Shown here: one piece after another, positions 13,041-25,000 of the stretch
Layout: every line of letters starts with the position of its first letter
Position numbering within the stretch: the stretch's first letter is position 1
Source: Octopus sinensis
Lineage: Eukaryota
Direction: 5' to 3'
Assembly (NCBI RefSeq): GCF_006345805.1
Contig: NW_021832126.1
Location: 1 to 64,000, forward strand
Length of the DNA: 64,000 bases
Position numbers and translations under genes: made by a program
The notes under the pieces: generated by a model
The model's database searches: none
What the model was told of the DNA's origin: nothing
Seen by the model: only the letters and a program-made list of their open reading frames with translations

Positions 13041-14156
13041 ATGTCCAACGAACAACAGGGGGAATTTGACGTCCAACAATTCGTCAAAGAATTCGGTCCA
13101 ATACACTTAGAGAATCCTTAGACAGCGAGGACATCCAGTCAATACTCTACTCTGACCGACTGGAGGCTAGAAGAGGAGATGATACCCTGGGGACATACAA
13201 CGTCATGGTTAATAAAAATATATTCGAAAATCGGGAAACTCTGCGAATTTATATTTCTGGGGACTTTGACCTTGAAGGGATAGTACAAACCTTTTCCGTG
13301 GAAACATTTGTGACTTTATCGTTAGAAACGTTGTTCCAGAGATACTACGAAAAAATTAAAGTTAGATTTTTAGTGCATTTGTAGGTTAAAAATAAACTCC
13401 CGACTTATCGAGAAGTTCTGATTAAAAAAATTGAGGAAAATTACTTGGTCCAATCATCGGGAAAGAATTGGGAGATTGTAGGATCAGACCAATCCACATA
13501 TTTCTCCTCAGGTCCACTTTGTCCATCGAGTCTTAGGGGCGAGGATAATCCTACTCAGAATGCTCGCTCAAAAAAACATCAGTGCATCGTTCCAGATAGA
13601 TTGTATGTCTAAATTGGGCGTATTGACTAAGTGTTGCTATGTTGGCCCATTCATTTTATTTACTGCGCAGAGTGCATTGCCAAACACCTTCATTGAAGCT
13701 AACAACGAGTCCAACCTCTTGTTTGGTTATCAAGAGGAGATAATTCAACAACCGAGCCCCTCGGTGGTCACTCATTTCATGCTGGCCGGAGATGGGTCGC
13801 TCGTGTTTTGTTTACTTTGTAGGCATATAATAAGCATGCAACAAGTCGGCTTTGAGTTCACTCTCAGGGCAGTTAAATTTCCCTGTGTGTTAAGTTTGAG
13901 GCAACCACGGAATAAATATATTCCTGAAAAGATAGATTTGGATTGGAAGACTGACCTGGAACTGTGCAGCAAGTACATCGACTTTAAGGTTCTCTTTTTT
14001 TGTGTTTTTTAGGAGAGAAAGGCAAATGACTGTCAAGTTTTTCTTGAGAATAAACCGCAGTTGAAACGAATCATGTCGGACCTAATTCAGTCACTTTTAC
14101 TGCGGAAACCTGATAATATTCCTCAATTTTTAGTCGATTATTTTAAAGTTTATTAA
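13041..14156 (+). CDS. CATIP: Ciliogenesis-associated TTC17-interacting protein (C2orf62-like)
   Basis: C-terminal exons read LDWKTDLELCSKYIDFK|ERKANDCQVFLENKPQLKRIMSDLIQSLLLRKPDNIPQFLVDYF, matching the CATIP LVWEEDMELYSKFLDRK...DFLLFLLLRQPEDV motif. Confidence 0.78.
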
Positions 14157-14347
14157 CACTTACAAATTAACATTTTAATTGGTTTAATTGTCAAATCAAT
14201 CTGTAAAATCAACTTTTTCAAACAATTAAACAAGGGTTTTTATTACAAAATTGTAGTATCAAAACTTTTAAATTTTTATGACGTAGATAACCAAGTTCCT
14301 TTTGAGATCGCTTGCTTAGTTTCTCTCGCATAAATTTCTGAGTTCTA

Positions 14348-14905
14348 TCATATTTTAGAGAATAGAGAATTCCCTGATAAGCTTATGTTCTCATTGGGTC
14401 GGTTGAATTCCCCCATCCAAAGTAAATTCTCTTCGTATGCTTTAACAAAAATTCTTTTTGTATCGGCAGACATAAAGAAGTGTTGATAATCGGTTAAAAA
14501 ACACCAAATAACAACAAGAGCTCGATGATAAGCAAATTCCCCCTTTCCACGGCAGCCTTAAGTGCAGAATTCATACCAAACAAATTGTCACATGCAATAT
14601 TTTGAAAAGTCCAAGAAAATCTCCCTTTGAAGCCAAGACAATCATTATTTGTCGAAAACTGCCATTTTAAGCTGTCGATATACTTTGATGGATATTGGAG
14701 ACTCTTAGGTCAACCAATGAATGATTTTTCGATATACTTTAAGCGAATATAATTCTCCTTGAAGTTTTTCATTGGCCAGTGGTTTTCGAAAAGTATGATT
14801 TGAGAATAGTTCTTCCCCAAAAAATTGATTAGCCTTTGATTTTATGAGTTTAAGAAAGAGAGAACGTTCACCTCGGAGACAGGTTTCTTTTTTAAATGAC
14901 TTGAT
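14348..14905 (-). CDS. Hypothetical protein, last three exons (5' end not resolved)
   Basis: Three open segments joined by 34- and 20-nt GT-AG introns. Between-copy differences in this frame are TTC/TTT and CAT/CAC (synonymous) and V/I. No family recognised. Confidence 0.4.
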
Positions 14906-15624
14906 CTAAAACAATAATTAAAAATTATAAACCCTACTAAAATGAAAGCCCAAACTAATGTGGATTGAGCAGCACTCGTCACATAAATTTAGTTTTTACA
15001 AGTTCGTAAGGCATACATTCGAAAACCAGCACGGGCTGGTATAATTCAGGAATGTTTCAAAAAAATTGTTTAAAAACGTTTAGTGGGCTTTCTTTGGCCT
15101 GACCAAACTATTGGCCCAATATGGCTTTTAAAAGGTTTAGTTTAAATTTGACTTTACTCCATGTGAAGTAAATGTGCTGAAAAAAGAGAGCCATTGGTGA
15201 AAGATGACCTCAAAAATTCTGGAATGTTTATGGCTTCGTGATGTGCTAATAATAGTAAAATTAATTTCATTAATAGTAATTTAGTTATAAATTGTTATGT
15301 TTTAAAGCGATTAAATTTGTTGGGTGTTAATTGTTTCTAATGGCTGCACCACGTGCGATGTCCTTCAGGGTCAAGTTCGGATCCATTTGAGTCCCATTTT
15401 GTAATATATCAAACCACAAGTATCTTACTCAATTTGATCAAATACGTCAAAAAAACTTACCTTAGTGGCAAGAAACATAATAAATCACTTTTAAAATAAT
15501 AGCGTTCATATTAAATTCTAAAAATGCGTCTTTATTTTCACCAAAAAAACACGAGATCTCCACTTGTGTGCAACCAAATAAATTTTGATCTTTTATGAAC
15601 GTTTTTGCATTCAAAACTGGAGTC

Positions 15625-16028
15625 AGACGTTCCTTTTTTTACCGAAAAATTTTTCAGTCAATCAGTATGGTAAAACTAACCTATCTCACGATGGTTTAAA
15701 CTCACCTCAAGTTCCCTGTTAGTGGATGAACAATCCTACACTTTGCGATTTATGCTTCGCAATGATAGGAAGCGCCAACATCGAAAGATCAAAAAGCACT
15801 TTCGCTATGTACGTTTGGGTGCCACAAGCCAATTATCCCTGTGGTAACTTTTCTGTCACTTTTAACTTAAAGCTTATACAAGTAAAAGGGTCTATAGGCC
15901 ATGCTTTTGACCATTGCATGCGTACTGAACATGCAAATAAGGGGAGTTTTTACTCTTTCGGTGCTATGACAGATTTCTGTTCCACTTGAGCTCACCTTTG
16001 GACATCTGCGTTATTGTTTAGCAGATGT
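15625..16028 (-). pseudogene. Decayed 28S rRNA gene fragment (peptidyl-transferase region to sarcin-ricin loop)
   Basis: Plus strand is the reverse complement of eukaryotic LSU rRNA: ggtaaaactaacct.tctcacga, gataggaag.gcc.acatcgaa.gatcaaaaagc, ccacaagcca.ttatccctgtggtaacttttctg. Only ~400 bp long, with the sarcin-ricin loop disrupted. Confidence 0.92.
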
Positions 16029-16928
16029 TGTTTAGCAAATATGTATATAAATTAAAAATCCTGAGCCCCACTTAGAGGTTCCGGTAATTTCTAAATTTGG
16101 AAATTACCGCACAAAGATTATATTTTTTTCAAACTACCCCAAAAATAGAGGTTTCCCAAGCCAGAGGTCTGCCCCAAATGGAGGCTATACTCTATTATCA
16201 TATCTGTGAGCGTTTTGACAAGACATCAACATAACCTTATATAATACGCATTTTAAATTATTTATTTAAAAATTATCAAGGTAACCCGGAGTACTCGGTA
16301 ACCGGTAGCGCCTGTGACATAACAAGTCCAACGTGTGTTCATATTTTATATGATTTTAATAATATCTCAGTTTGCCAATTTTAGAAGACATCCATGATTA
16401 GAAATTTTATCTATTTTGAAAATTTCTATTTTCGAATATGTGATCAAATATCAAAGCTTAGTTGTTTAATAAGGTAATGAATCCACTTTTCGTGTAATTA
16501 GGCTATTTTCTAACCCGTAAGAAGTCGATAAAAAATAAGAATGATAATAAAAGTAACCTCAAAAATTCTTTTATCATTCAACCAGTAACAAAAGGATGTT
16601 TGGGCTTTGAACATCGATTTCATAAAATTAAGCATATCAAAGCAAACTTATATATTTATTGAATCAACTAACAAAAAATAAACACAGGCAATATAACTCT
16701 GAATGATAAAATAATCCAATTTATTTTATAACAATCAAACTAAAATTTTATTTATATTAACTAATTAAACTCCGGAACTTTTCCGATCAATTGTTTTAGA
16801 AAAATCAATTGATCTTTTTGGCTTCACGAAAACTAATATATTAAAATATTTAATTACATTCTAAGAAGATACAAGAGAAAATCACAAACAGGATGAGCGA
16901 TGCAACATATATATAAAATGCTACAATT

Positions 16929-17892
16929 TCACTTAATTAAATTACTATTTTTTTGTTCGTTATCAAATTCTGTTTCCATTTCTTTAATTGGTTCTGGTTC
17001 TACCCATTTTAGTTTCTTCGTATCATATCCAGTCAGCATTTCTCTTTTATCCCTCACATAACTATTGATGTAGTATATTTCCTGATTTCCATATGGTAGT
17101 TCTATAAACACCGTTAAAAGCAAATTTTTTAATTGTGAATTCCGTATTATTATGGTAACAGAATCTAACAATGAAAATAAATATTAAACTGTTTTCTGCT
17201 TGTTCACATATTTTGTATTCGTTGATACAGAGTGTAGCGGAAGTAAAATTATCTGTTTTTGTTATTAGCGAGAATTGTAGGAAATATTTGTGATAATAAG
17301 TTGTGTGGATTTCTGATAAAACTTGATCAAAATCTATTTTCAATAATGTATAAAATACCGAAAATATTTTTTTGGCGTCTGTTTCTATCCAATATCTGAA
17401 CGAATAATCAACATAGTTTAAATTGTATTCAATATCTGGCTTCAAGTCTGCGTGACCATTACGATTTCTCATCTATTAATTATAGATAAAGAATGAACTA
17501 TTTCTATTCTATCTCGTGTATTCAATCCAGAGTTTTCTCTCGAAAAAATAACAGAATCTGATTTATGAAACGGTCTTCTAAATTCGGCTTTGGGTAATTC
17601 TATTTCAGATTCCTACAATCTCAAACATAAAACCATACGTTAAATACTTGATCTCTTTTTGTGATTGAAGGATCATTGAGATCTTTTAATTTATATACTC
17701 TGAATAAATCTAAAAATCATGTTTATAAATTTTTGCCTTCTTTAGATAAGCAAAATGGTCTGGGTCTGGAATTAAAATCCATTCTGGGTGAAAAAGGCAG
17801 TAATTCTACGAATAATAATTTTTAAGAGCAATACTTAAGTGGCTAAATTCGTGAGCCCAGCAAAACACAAATAAAAAGAGTAGTGCAAACAT
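16929..17892 (-). CDS. Orphan secreted protein (~280 aa, 6 exons, one GC-AG intron)
   Basis: Signal-peptide-like MFALLFLFVFCWA; introns of 29, 27 (GC-AG), 26, 26 and 25 nt join six open exons through to TGA at 16,929. Confidence 0.7.
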
Positions 17893-18349
17893 TCTAAAAC
17901 TTGCCAAATAGATAATATTTATATATAAAGCACGCGTTCCTTCCATGAAACTCCCATAAATGCCAAATTAAGATAATACATAATTTAGTAACTTTTTTTC
18001 GACAAAAACAGCGCTGTACCGCTAAGTTTAAAATATTGTTTAAAAATTCTTAATTATGGCCCACATTTTTTAAATCAGGCACATCAACGTTGAAGGAAAA
18101 TGTATGAGAGACTATGATATCCATATTTCCGAAAATTACAAAAACTGGGAATTCTCCACTAATTATCGTGTTTTTAAAACTGTGGAGAAGTAATACTTTT
18201 TTATTATCAGAAAATCTCTTTATTTTCTTAACTATTTTGAAACAGCTACGTTAACAATACAAAGCTTGCAACTGTCAAAAAAATGGCAGATATGGCATGA
18301 AGAAAAGCGAAAACTTTGATCATCACTTGCCGGCTAGAAAGATGTCCAG

Positions 18350-19475
18350 GAAAAAAAGATCGACAACGACGCGTACGATTCGAGAGGCAGTTCTTGCAAA
18401 GAATTAAGATCAAAACGCGCTGGAATTTCAATGCGATTTTTTCGCTCACCAGCCGTAACAACTACTCAGCCTCCTTACCAACCACGCCAAAGAATTGTAA
18501 CGACAAAGCAATAGCGTTATCCAAAGCCTAGAGAACATACAACAACATCTCAGACAGGGAATCCACACATGTCAGGTCAGAAACGAGAGACCTACCTCGC
18601 TTATATGGGAATGTATTCATCCCATCTGGACGTTTTCCATCACCCCGAAAGAGGCCAACGAGAATCCCACGGAATCAAATGTCCTCTTAATCACTTGACC
18701 AACACTCATCTTACAAGACAAGACGTGTAATCCGTTTGAAAGGATCATGAAACAACATCGGCAACGGTGCGGTTGACATATATCAAGTCAAGTCGAATAC
18801 ACATTCCGATGCGAACAGTCTCGTCCTCCAAAGTAGACCGTTGGACACCAACGGGAGAGCGTTTAGCCAATCCCCCAAGTGCGCCTGGTAGCCGCAGTTC
18901 AAAAGGCTAGCTGAATCTAATCGGCCTGCAAGCGAAGACTCTCCAACAGGTGTGAACATCTGATGACATGGAAGGACTCTCTGGAAGGTCAAGTCCGAGC
19001 GATCTCCAGGCGTGAACAGCCACATGGTATCCGTAAGCTTGCCAAGTTCGGGTGAGTTTATAAGAACAGAGCGAACGAAATTTCCAGAAGGGGACAACGA
19101 TGGGAGATAGCAAGGCAAGATCTTTGCAAGAACGAACCCCAATACCCCCAAAGGGAGTGTGAGTGCAGTACGAGCACGTCCCACCTCATAAACAACGTGT
19201 TCAGAAGGAATTGTAACGACAAAGCAATAGCGTCATCCAAAGCCAGAAGTTCTTGATGTGAATGATAACAAGGAGATAATAATGCAGCCGAGGGATTTAA
19301 AGAAAGTTTTTGAGTAAGAATAGCCCCAAATGAGAGTCAAAATGACAAATTCGAGTTCACAGATCCAAAATCTTTCCTTTTTGCGAGACGACAGCCTTTG
19401 CAACACCTTTATCACAAATAAGAAAACCAATAATCACAAGATCTGAAAGGGCAATTAAAAGGAGCCCGTCAATCT
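18350..19475 (-). mobile_element. Degenerate CRE-like RLE non-LTR retrotransposon fragment (post-RT region, CCHC knuckle, endonuclease)
   Basis: Across frameshifts: DSHLGLFLLKN..IPRL, GDWLNALP, EDETVRIGMCIRL..ICQPHRCRC...GLHVLSC, GDGKRPDGMNTFPYKRGRSLVSDLTCVDS, FQRV. Multiple stops and indels. Confidence 0.85.
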
Positions 19476-20057
19476 TCTGCCATACTCCGATGTGTTAGTG
19501 GCTTCAAAAGTCCAATTACTTTATATTTATCTCTGTTTAATGATAGTCCAATTTTCGCAAATTCAAATTTTGTGCTCGATAAAGAATACTTGGACGTATC
19601 CTGACGCCCCTATGCAAAATAATGGAGTCGTACTTCCTGCTGCTTTCGAGTCAGATCGAATGTGATGCATTCAATCTGTGCTTGAATTGTGGTCAAACAC
19701 ACAACTATGATATTGTGGTCGAGAAATTATTCAAATGTGTGATTGAATTATTGAAATTCTGAGTTTTAAATTTTCTTGATAATCAAAGTTGTCGACTGGA
19801 GAGTTCCAAAATGCAAAACTAAATTGCTCAAAAACTGCAAATTCAAAACACGTAGATTTCATTGCTCATGACAATCTGCAGACACCAAAAACATTAATGA
19901 GAAAATTGGTAATTATTCAATTTTAAGTGATATTTTTTATATCCAATTTTTAGGCATTTTAAAAACAATAACTTAGAGAAATAATATTATTGTTTTCATT
20001 TTTTATGTATTTGATTTAAAATTAATTTAATACAAATAATACAAATAAATTGATATA

Positions 20058-20591
20058 ATGAGTATCAGACAGGACAGTGTGATTCCACTCAAGAACGACC
20101 TGATCCTCCGAGTTGCCAAAGGAAATGTCGACCCCTCCTCCAAAATTCCAGTTTGGGTGATGAGACAGGCGGGGCGATACTTGGAGGAGTACCGTCATTT
20201 TTCCGCACAAAATGGTTTCCTCAACATTTGCCAAACTCCCGAATTAATGTGCGAGGCCACGATGATGCCATTCAAATACTTTGATTTCGACGCGGCAATC
20301 ATTTTTTCCGACATTCTAATATTGGCCCTGCCCCTCGGCCTGAAGGTTTCGATGGTGCCAGGCCAGGGACCGGTCATTTCTCCCAAACTGACAGAATTGG
20401 CCAACCCTGTTTTCGACGTTGACCTAAGCCAGCACCTCAGTTATGTGTATCGCGGAATCGAACTCACCAGGAGAGCCTTGGACGGGAAGGTGCCCCTCAC
20501 AATCAAGAATAACTCCAAATTATTATCATTCTGTCCAACTTCATTTTCGGGATTTTCTCAGCTTTTTAATGTAAGAAAGCAAGTCTCCTGA
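20058..20591 (+). pseudogene. UROD: 3'-truncated uroporphyrinogen decarboxylase fused to 30 unrelated codons
   Basis: Nearly identical to 52,893-53,334 up to GKVPL (20,499), then reads TIKNNSK...RKQVS*. Lacks the SYMVEG and NLGHG motifs. Confidence 0.92.
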
Positions 20592-20797
20592 ACAAATCCC
20601 CAACCAAAACAGAATGAAAAAAACAAATACTACTGTTTGAGGGTGCAATCATCGTCATTTAATTTAGTTATCTTAAATACAAGCCCATAGGCTTTCCAAA
20701 TATACTTCCTATAACAACAATACTTAATGTATCATATTACCAAACAATTTATTTGAAAAGTCCAGATAAAATTGATTTCTAATTATTACGTCTGCTT

Positions 20798-21195
20798 TCA
20801 GTCGATTCTCCTCCTCTTCGAGCCCGAGCAAATGTTCTCGACGGGTACACTTATCCATTTTACAGGGCAGGCCACTTTTGTGGTTGTTCTCGAGTCCGAT
20901 TTAGTTGCATGCTTCGCCGCTGTAGGAAGGAGTTTATACTCCGGGCGCATGCTTTCCAATGTTCTCTTGATCACGATTGACTGGATATAAGCTCGCGTAG
21001 ATCCCTGGACTTGCAAGGAGTTCTGGTAGTGTTTATAGAATCTGGATGTTATTCCATCCCACATAATAACCAACGGTACGACATTCACCTTTGCATTATG
21101 GATTACCTTCAATTCGTTCACCAAAAGGTCATATTTATGTAATTTCTCTACTTCTACATGCTTCAAGGATCGTTGAGAAGTAATCCCAATTTTTG
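20798..21195 (-). mobile_element. 5'-truncated RLE non-LTR retrotransposon end (R4/Dong-like)
   Basis: Open frame IGITSQRSLKHVEVEKLHKYDLLVNEL...VVPLVIMWDGIT...AYIQSIVIKRTLES...ICSGSKRRRID, i.e. the distal half of an RLE domain. Confidence 0.78.
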
Positions 21196-21315
21196 TCTGC
21201 TAAAATTGACTGCCCTGTTTCCGCTGAAAAATAATATACAAATTCAATTTTTAAAAACCAAATGTTTGGATTTTATCTCATTGCTCTAGTTTGAATAAAT
21301 AATTCAACTGCAATT

Positions 21316-21858
<543 letters not shown>

Positions 21859-21940
21859 TTAGTTGTCCAATAATGAAAAAAATTCTAATTATGAAATTAA
21901 GTTAATTTAATTTATCTTTGTTTTGGTTTAAAAATGAATA

Positions 21941-21962
21941 AAATGTTTCCCGGACAACATTT
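21941..21962. promoter_or_regulatory. X-box-like (RFX) palindromic site upstream of FHAD1
   Basis: aaatGTTTCCcgGACAACattt fits GTHNYY-N2-RRNAAC with inverted aaatgtt/aacattt flanks, ~50 bp before the FHAD1 ATG. Confidence 0.45.
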
Positions 21963-22008
21963 TATTAACAAAATTGCTTATTAGTTCTTGCTGCTTAATT
22001 AATTAGGC

Positions 22009-25000
22009 ATGAATTGTGCATATCTGAGAAGCAATGGCATATTATACGAACTCGGAGAATGTACCACTGTAGGACGCCGCCAATGTGGACTAATAATCGA
22101 TGTATCAAATAATATATATTCAGTCGAGTTCTGTGGACGATAGACACGCCACAATTCACTATTCAAAACACAATAATTCATTTATCCTTCAAGATCTGAA
22201 CACCCGCACAGGCACTCACGTGAACGGCTACAGAATAACGACAGTCAGACTATCCCCGGGAGATATAATCAATTTCGGTCTCGAACCATCAGCTTTCGAG
22301 TTCTGTCTTGGAGAAATACCACCTGTACAAAATAACTGTCCCACTATCACCCGTCATTCCGAATTGGTTGAAAATTTTCCGGCAGGAAGAATTTTTTCCG
22401 AGCCAACGGGGAGTCTTTCTACACTCCGACAACCGATTGTGAGAGCGGAAAATAACTTTTAGCACTGTGAGCCAATGTCCCCATCCAGTAGGACTCATCA
22501 AGAAGACGAGGTCACAAAACTCCGAGAAGAGTTAAGAAAAGCCAAAAATGTGGTTTCGGAAAGTGGAAGGAAGGACAAAGAGTTGAGACTGCAGAGAGAA
22601 ATTATTCACGAATTGGAAGGCAAGATTGACCACCTCAGGAAAGCAAAGGATCTCACCGCCCAAGAGCTGGCGAATAGTCTCGAGTTACGGCAGAGACTTG
22701 AGGAACAGGTGACATACAAGGACTCTCTTATTGACTCACTTTCAGACAAGGTTTTGTGATTTTATATTTTTAGGTTAAACTGAGTGAAACAAGATCAGTC
22801 CAAAACGTGGAAGAACCAAAGTCGCCATCCTCGGCGGAATTTAAACGTGTTCACCGTGATAAGAAGATATTGGAGGAATTAGTTACTCAACTACAAAGAG
22901 ATTCAGTTTCTAAGGTGAATTGGCTGTGGTTAGATTTTTAGGACGAATTGATATTCCGGCAGTCAGTCGAGATTGAGAATTCTTGCAAAAAAGATGTTAT
23001 TTATATTTATATGACATTTTAGGACAGTCCTGCTCTCGAAAGTCTGCAAAATGTTTTGTTTCGATTTGATTGTAGAGTTTAAAAATCCAAGAAAGTGAAG
23101 GACGTCGGGTTACAGCAGATTTGACGACTATGAACAGGAAATGTTAAGACAAAAGAAAAGGATAGACAAATACGCGGAGGTTTTGTCGTCAATTCACTGC
23201 CAAGCAATGCAATCTACTGGAAACTCAAATTGACAAATACAAAACCGAAAACCACCAGTTAGAAGAGGCGGGAAACGCCAACCGTCTTGAACTGCAAAAA
23301 ACAGTCAATAAAGTTACCAAAATGTAAAAACGGTTTAGTATGAACAATTTAAAGAAAAGATCCTCACTTCTGTCAGAGACTTGTTCACGGACTGCGAGGA
23401 GATCAGCGATGAGGTCATTGCACGAGAAGTCGCCAGATTGTCCAAGATTCGGGAGGTTTATGAAGGCAAAGTGGGAGCTTTGACCACTGAAATTGGCGTC
23501 CTTAACAACCGGGAGGCGGACTTTCAGTCAAAAATGAGAGACATGCGTGTTTCAATTGACAGGGAATTGGTTTTTCTATTTTGTGAGTGCAGGGAGAGTA
23601 TTTGGAGGGTGGAAGTACTATGTCTTCACATTTGGACTGTCTGGTGAGCAGATTGGAGTCTAAGGAGGGACTTGACGACTCTTTGGTTTGGATCCGTGAA
23701 ACACTTGTCAACGTCTTGTCTTTTCAAAGCAAAAAACTGCACGAAATTGAAGATTACTTGGAGGACGGCAACGAGGTCTATAAGCCGTCTGACTGTGAGT
23801 ATTTCCATGAAGTATATCCCAGCTATTACTGAGAATATTGCCGTGTTGACTAAACGACTTGCATTGACGAGAGCACTCCACGACGAGTCTGTACAAGAAA
23901 TGGAAAAGATCCGCCAAAAATACGCTCAGGACATTAAAGAGGCCAATCAGAATGCAGACCGTGAGTTGAGGAGGCAGATTGAACTTGCAGTGGAGAGAAC
24001 TGTTGCCGAAGGTTCCAACTAAAAATTATATTTCAGAAAATGAAAAATCGTGTCGGGAAATGGCCAAGATCCGACAATTGGCGGAGGAAGGATGAGCCTT
24101 CTTTCAAAGGAGGAGACCGAAAAGGCAGAGTTAATGCAAATCGCCTTGGAAAGACTGAATTCGGTTATCAATTTGGTTTTATTTCAAGACACTTGAGTCA
24201 CGAGAATCAGATTTGGAGGCTCTTAGACATAAATATCAAGATTTAGACAAATCGGCGGAATCTTATAAGCAAGATAAAGTTTCTTTGGTTTTTTAAATTT
24301 TTTTAGGTCAAGTTGCTGGGAGAAATCGAATCGTTGAAGGTCGCCTTGGAAAATGAGAATAAGTTGAAGTTGAGGGCGATATCGGACCAGCGAGAGTACT
24401 ACGAGACCGAGTCACAGAATTTCCGTGAGCAGATCAAGCAGCATTCGTTGACAATTTGCAAACAGGAAGAGCGGCTTTTAAAACTCACCCAAAAGAAAAA
24501 AGCAGCAAAAATCGAGTCAATCCGACTCAAAAACTCTGGTTTGTCTGTCATCAACAACAGAAATGGAAAACCGCAAGTCTCAGTCGGGTGACCAAGTCAA
24601 TTCTACCGAGTTCAAAACGACAGTTAATCGATTAAAGTATGGAAATATATTTTGTTATCTCAGAATGGAAATTGGCAGATTGGAGTCAAAATGTGAAGAA
24701 AGGGAATTTTTAATTTCTTCGTTGGAGCAGGAAATGCATGTTTTAAGGGCGAGAGTGTCAGATTCGAACAACGGAGTGAGTCAGGAGTTGACAGACTCTC
24801 GGAATCTACTCAGAAAGAAAGACGAGGAAATAGTAATCTTGCAGCGTAATTCATGTGCCGATGAAGTAGCCAAATACAAGCAAGAAGTTAAGAAAATGGC
24901 AGCACAACTCGAGTGACCCTTATTCTCATGTGTTAGAGTGCATAAGCAGACGTACTCCAAGTTGAATGAATCCCACAAAGAAGCGAAGGACAGACTTGTC

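Larger units (their letters stand above)
1..20499. repeat. Copy 1 of a ~20.5-kb direct segmental duplication (partner 32,812-53,334)
   Basis: Sequence and ORF track repeat at offset 32,811, drifting to 32,835 after indels. Identity ends after ggtgcccctca at 20,499/53,334. The left end runs off the window. Confidence 0.98.

Noticed and set aside
14512-14574. Ankyrin-like SALKAAVERGNLLIIELLL in an alternative frame
   Set aside because: Single short frame closed by a stop after 27 codons; between-copy changes favour the other frame.
15726-15989. 87-aa ORF (also 48,537-48,800)
   Set aside because: Shadow ORF on the antisense strand of the 28S rRNA fragment.
15625-19475. 28S fragment as the target site of the nearby RLE retrotransposon (R2-like)
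   Set aside because: The fragment lacks the R2 target (TTAAGG|TAGCC), lies over 2 kb from the element with a gene in between, and the element is CRE-like.
20500-20600. Kinase-like GDLLSYIKK on the minus strand
   Set aside because: Nine residues followed by a stop, with no other kinase motif nearby.
24080-24095. Programmed -1 ribosomal frameshift in FHAD1
   Set aside because: No X XXY YYZ slippery heptamer or obvious downstream structure.
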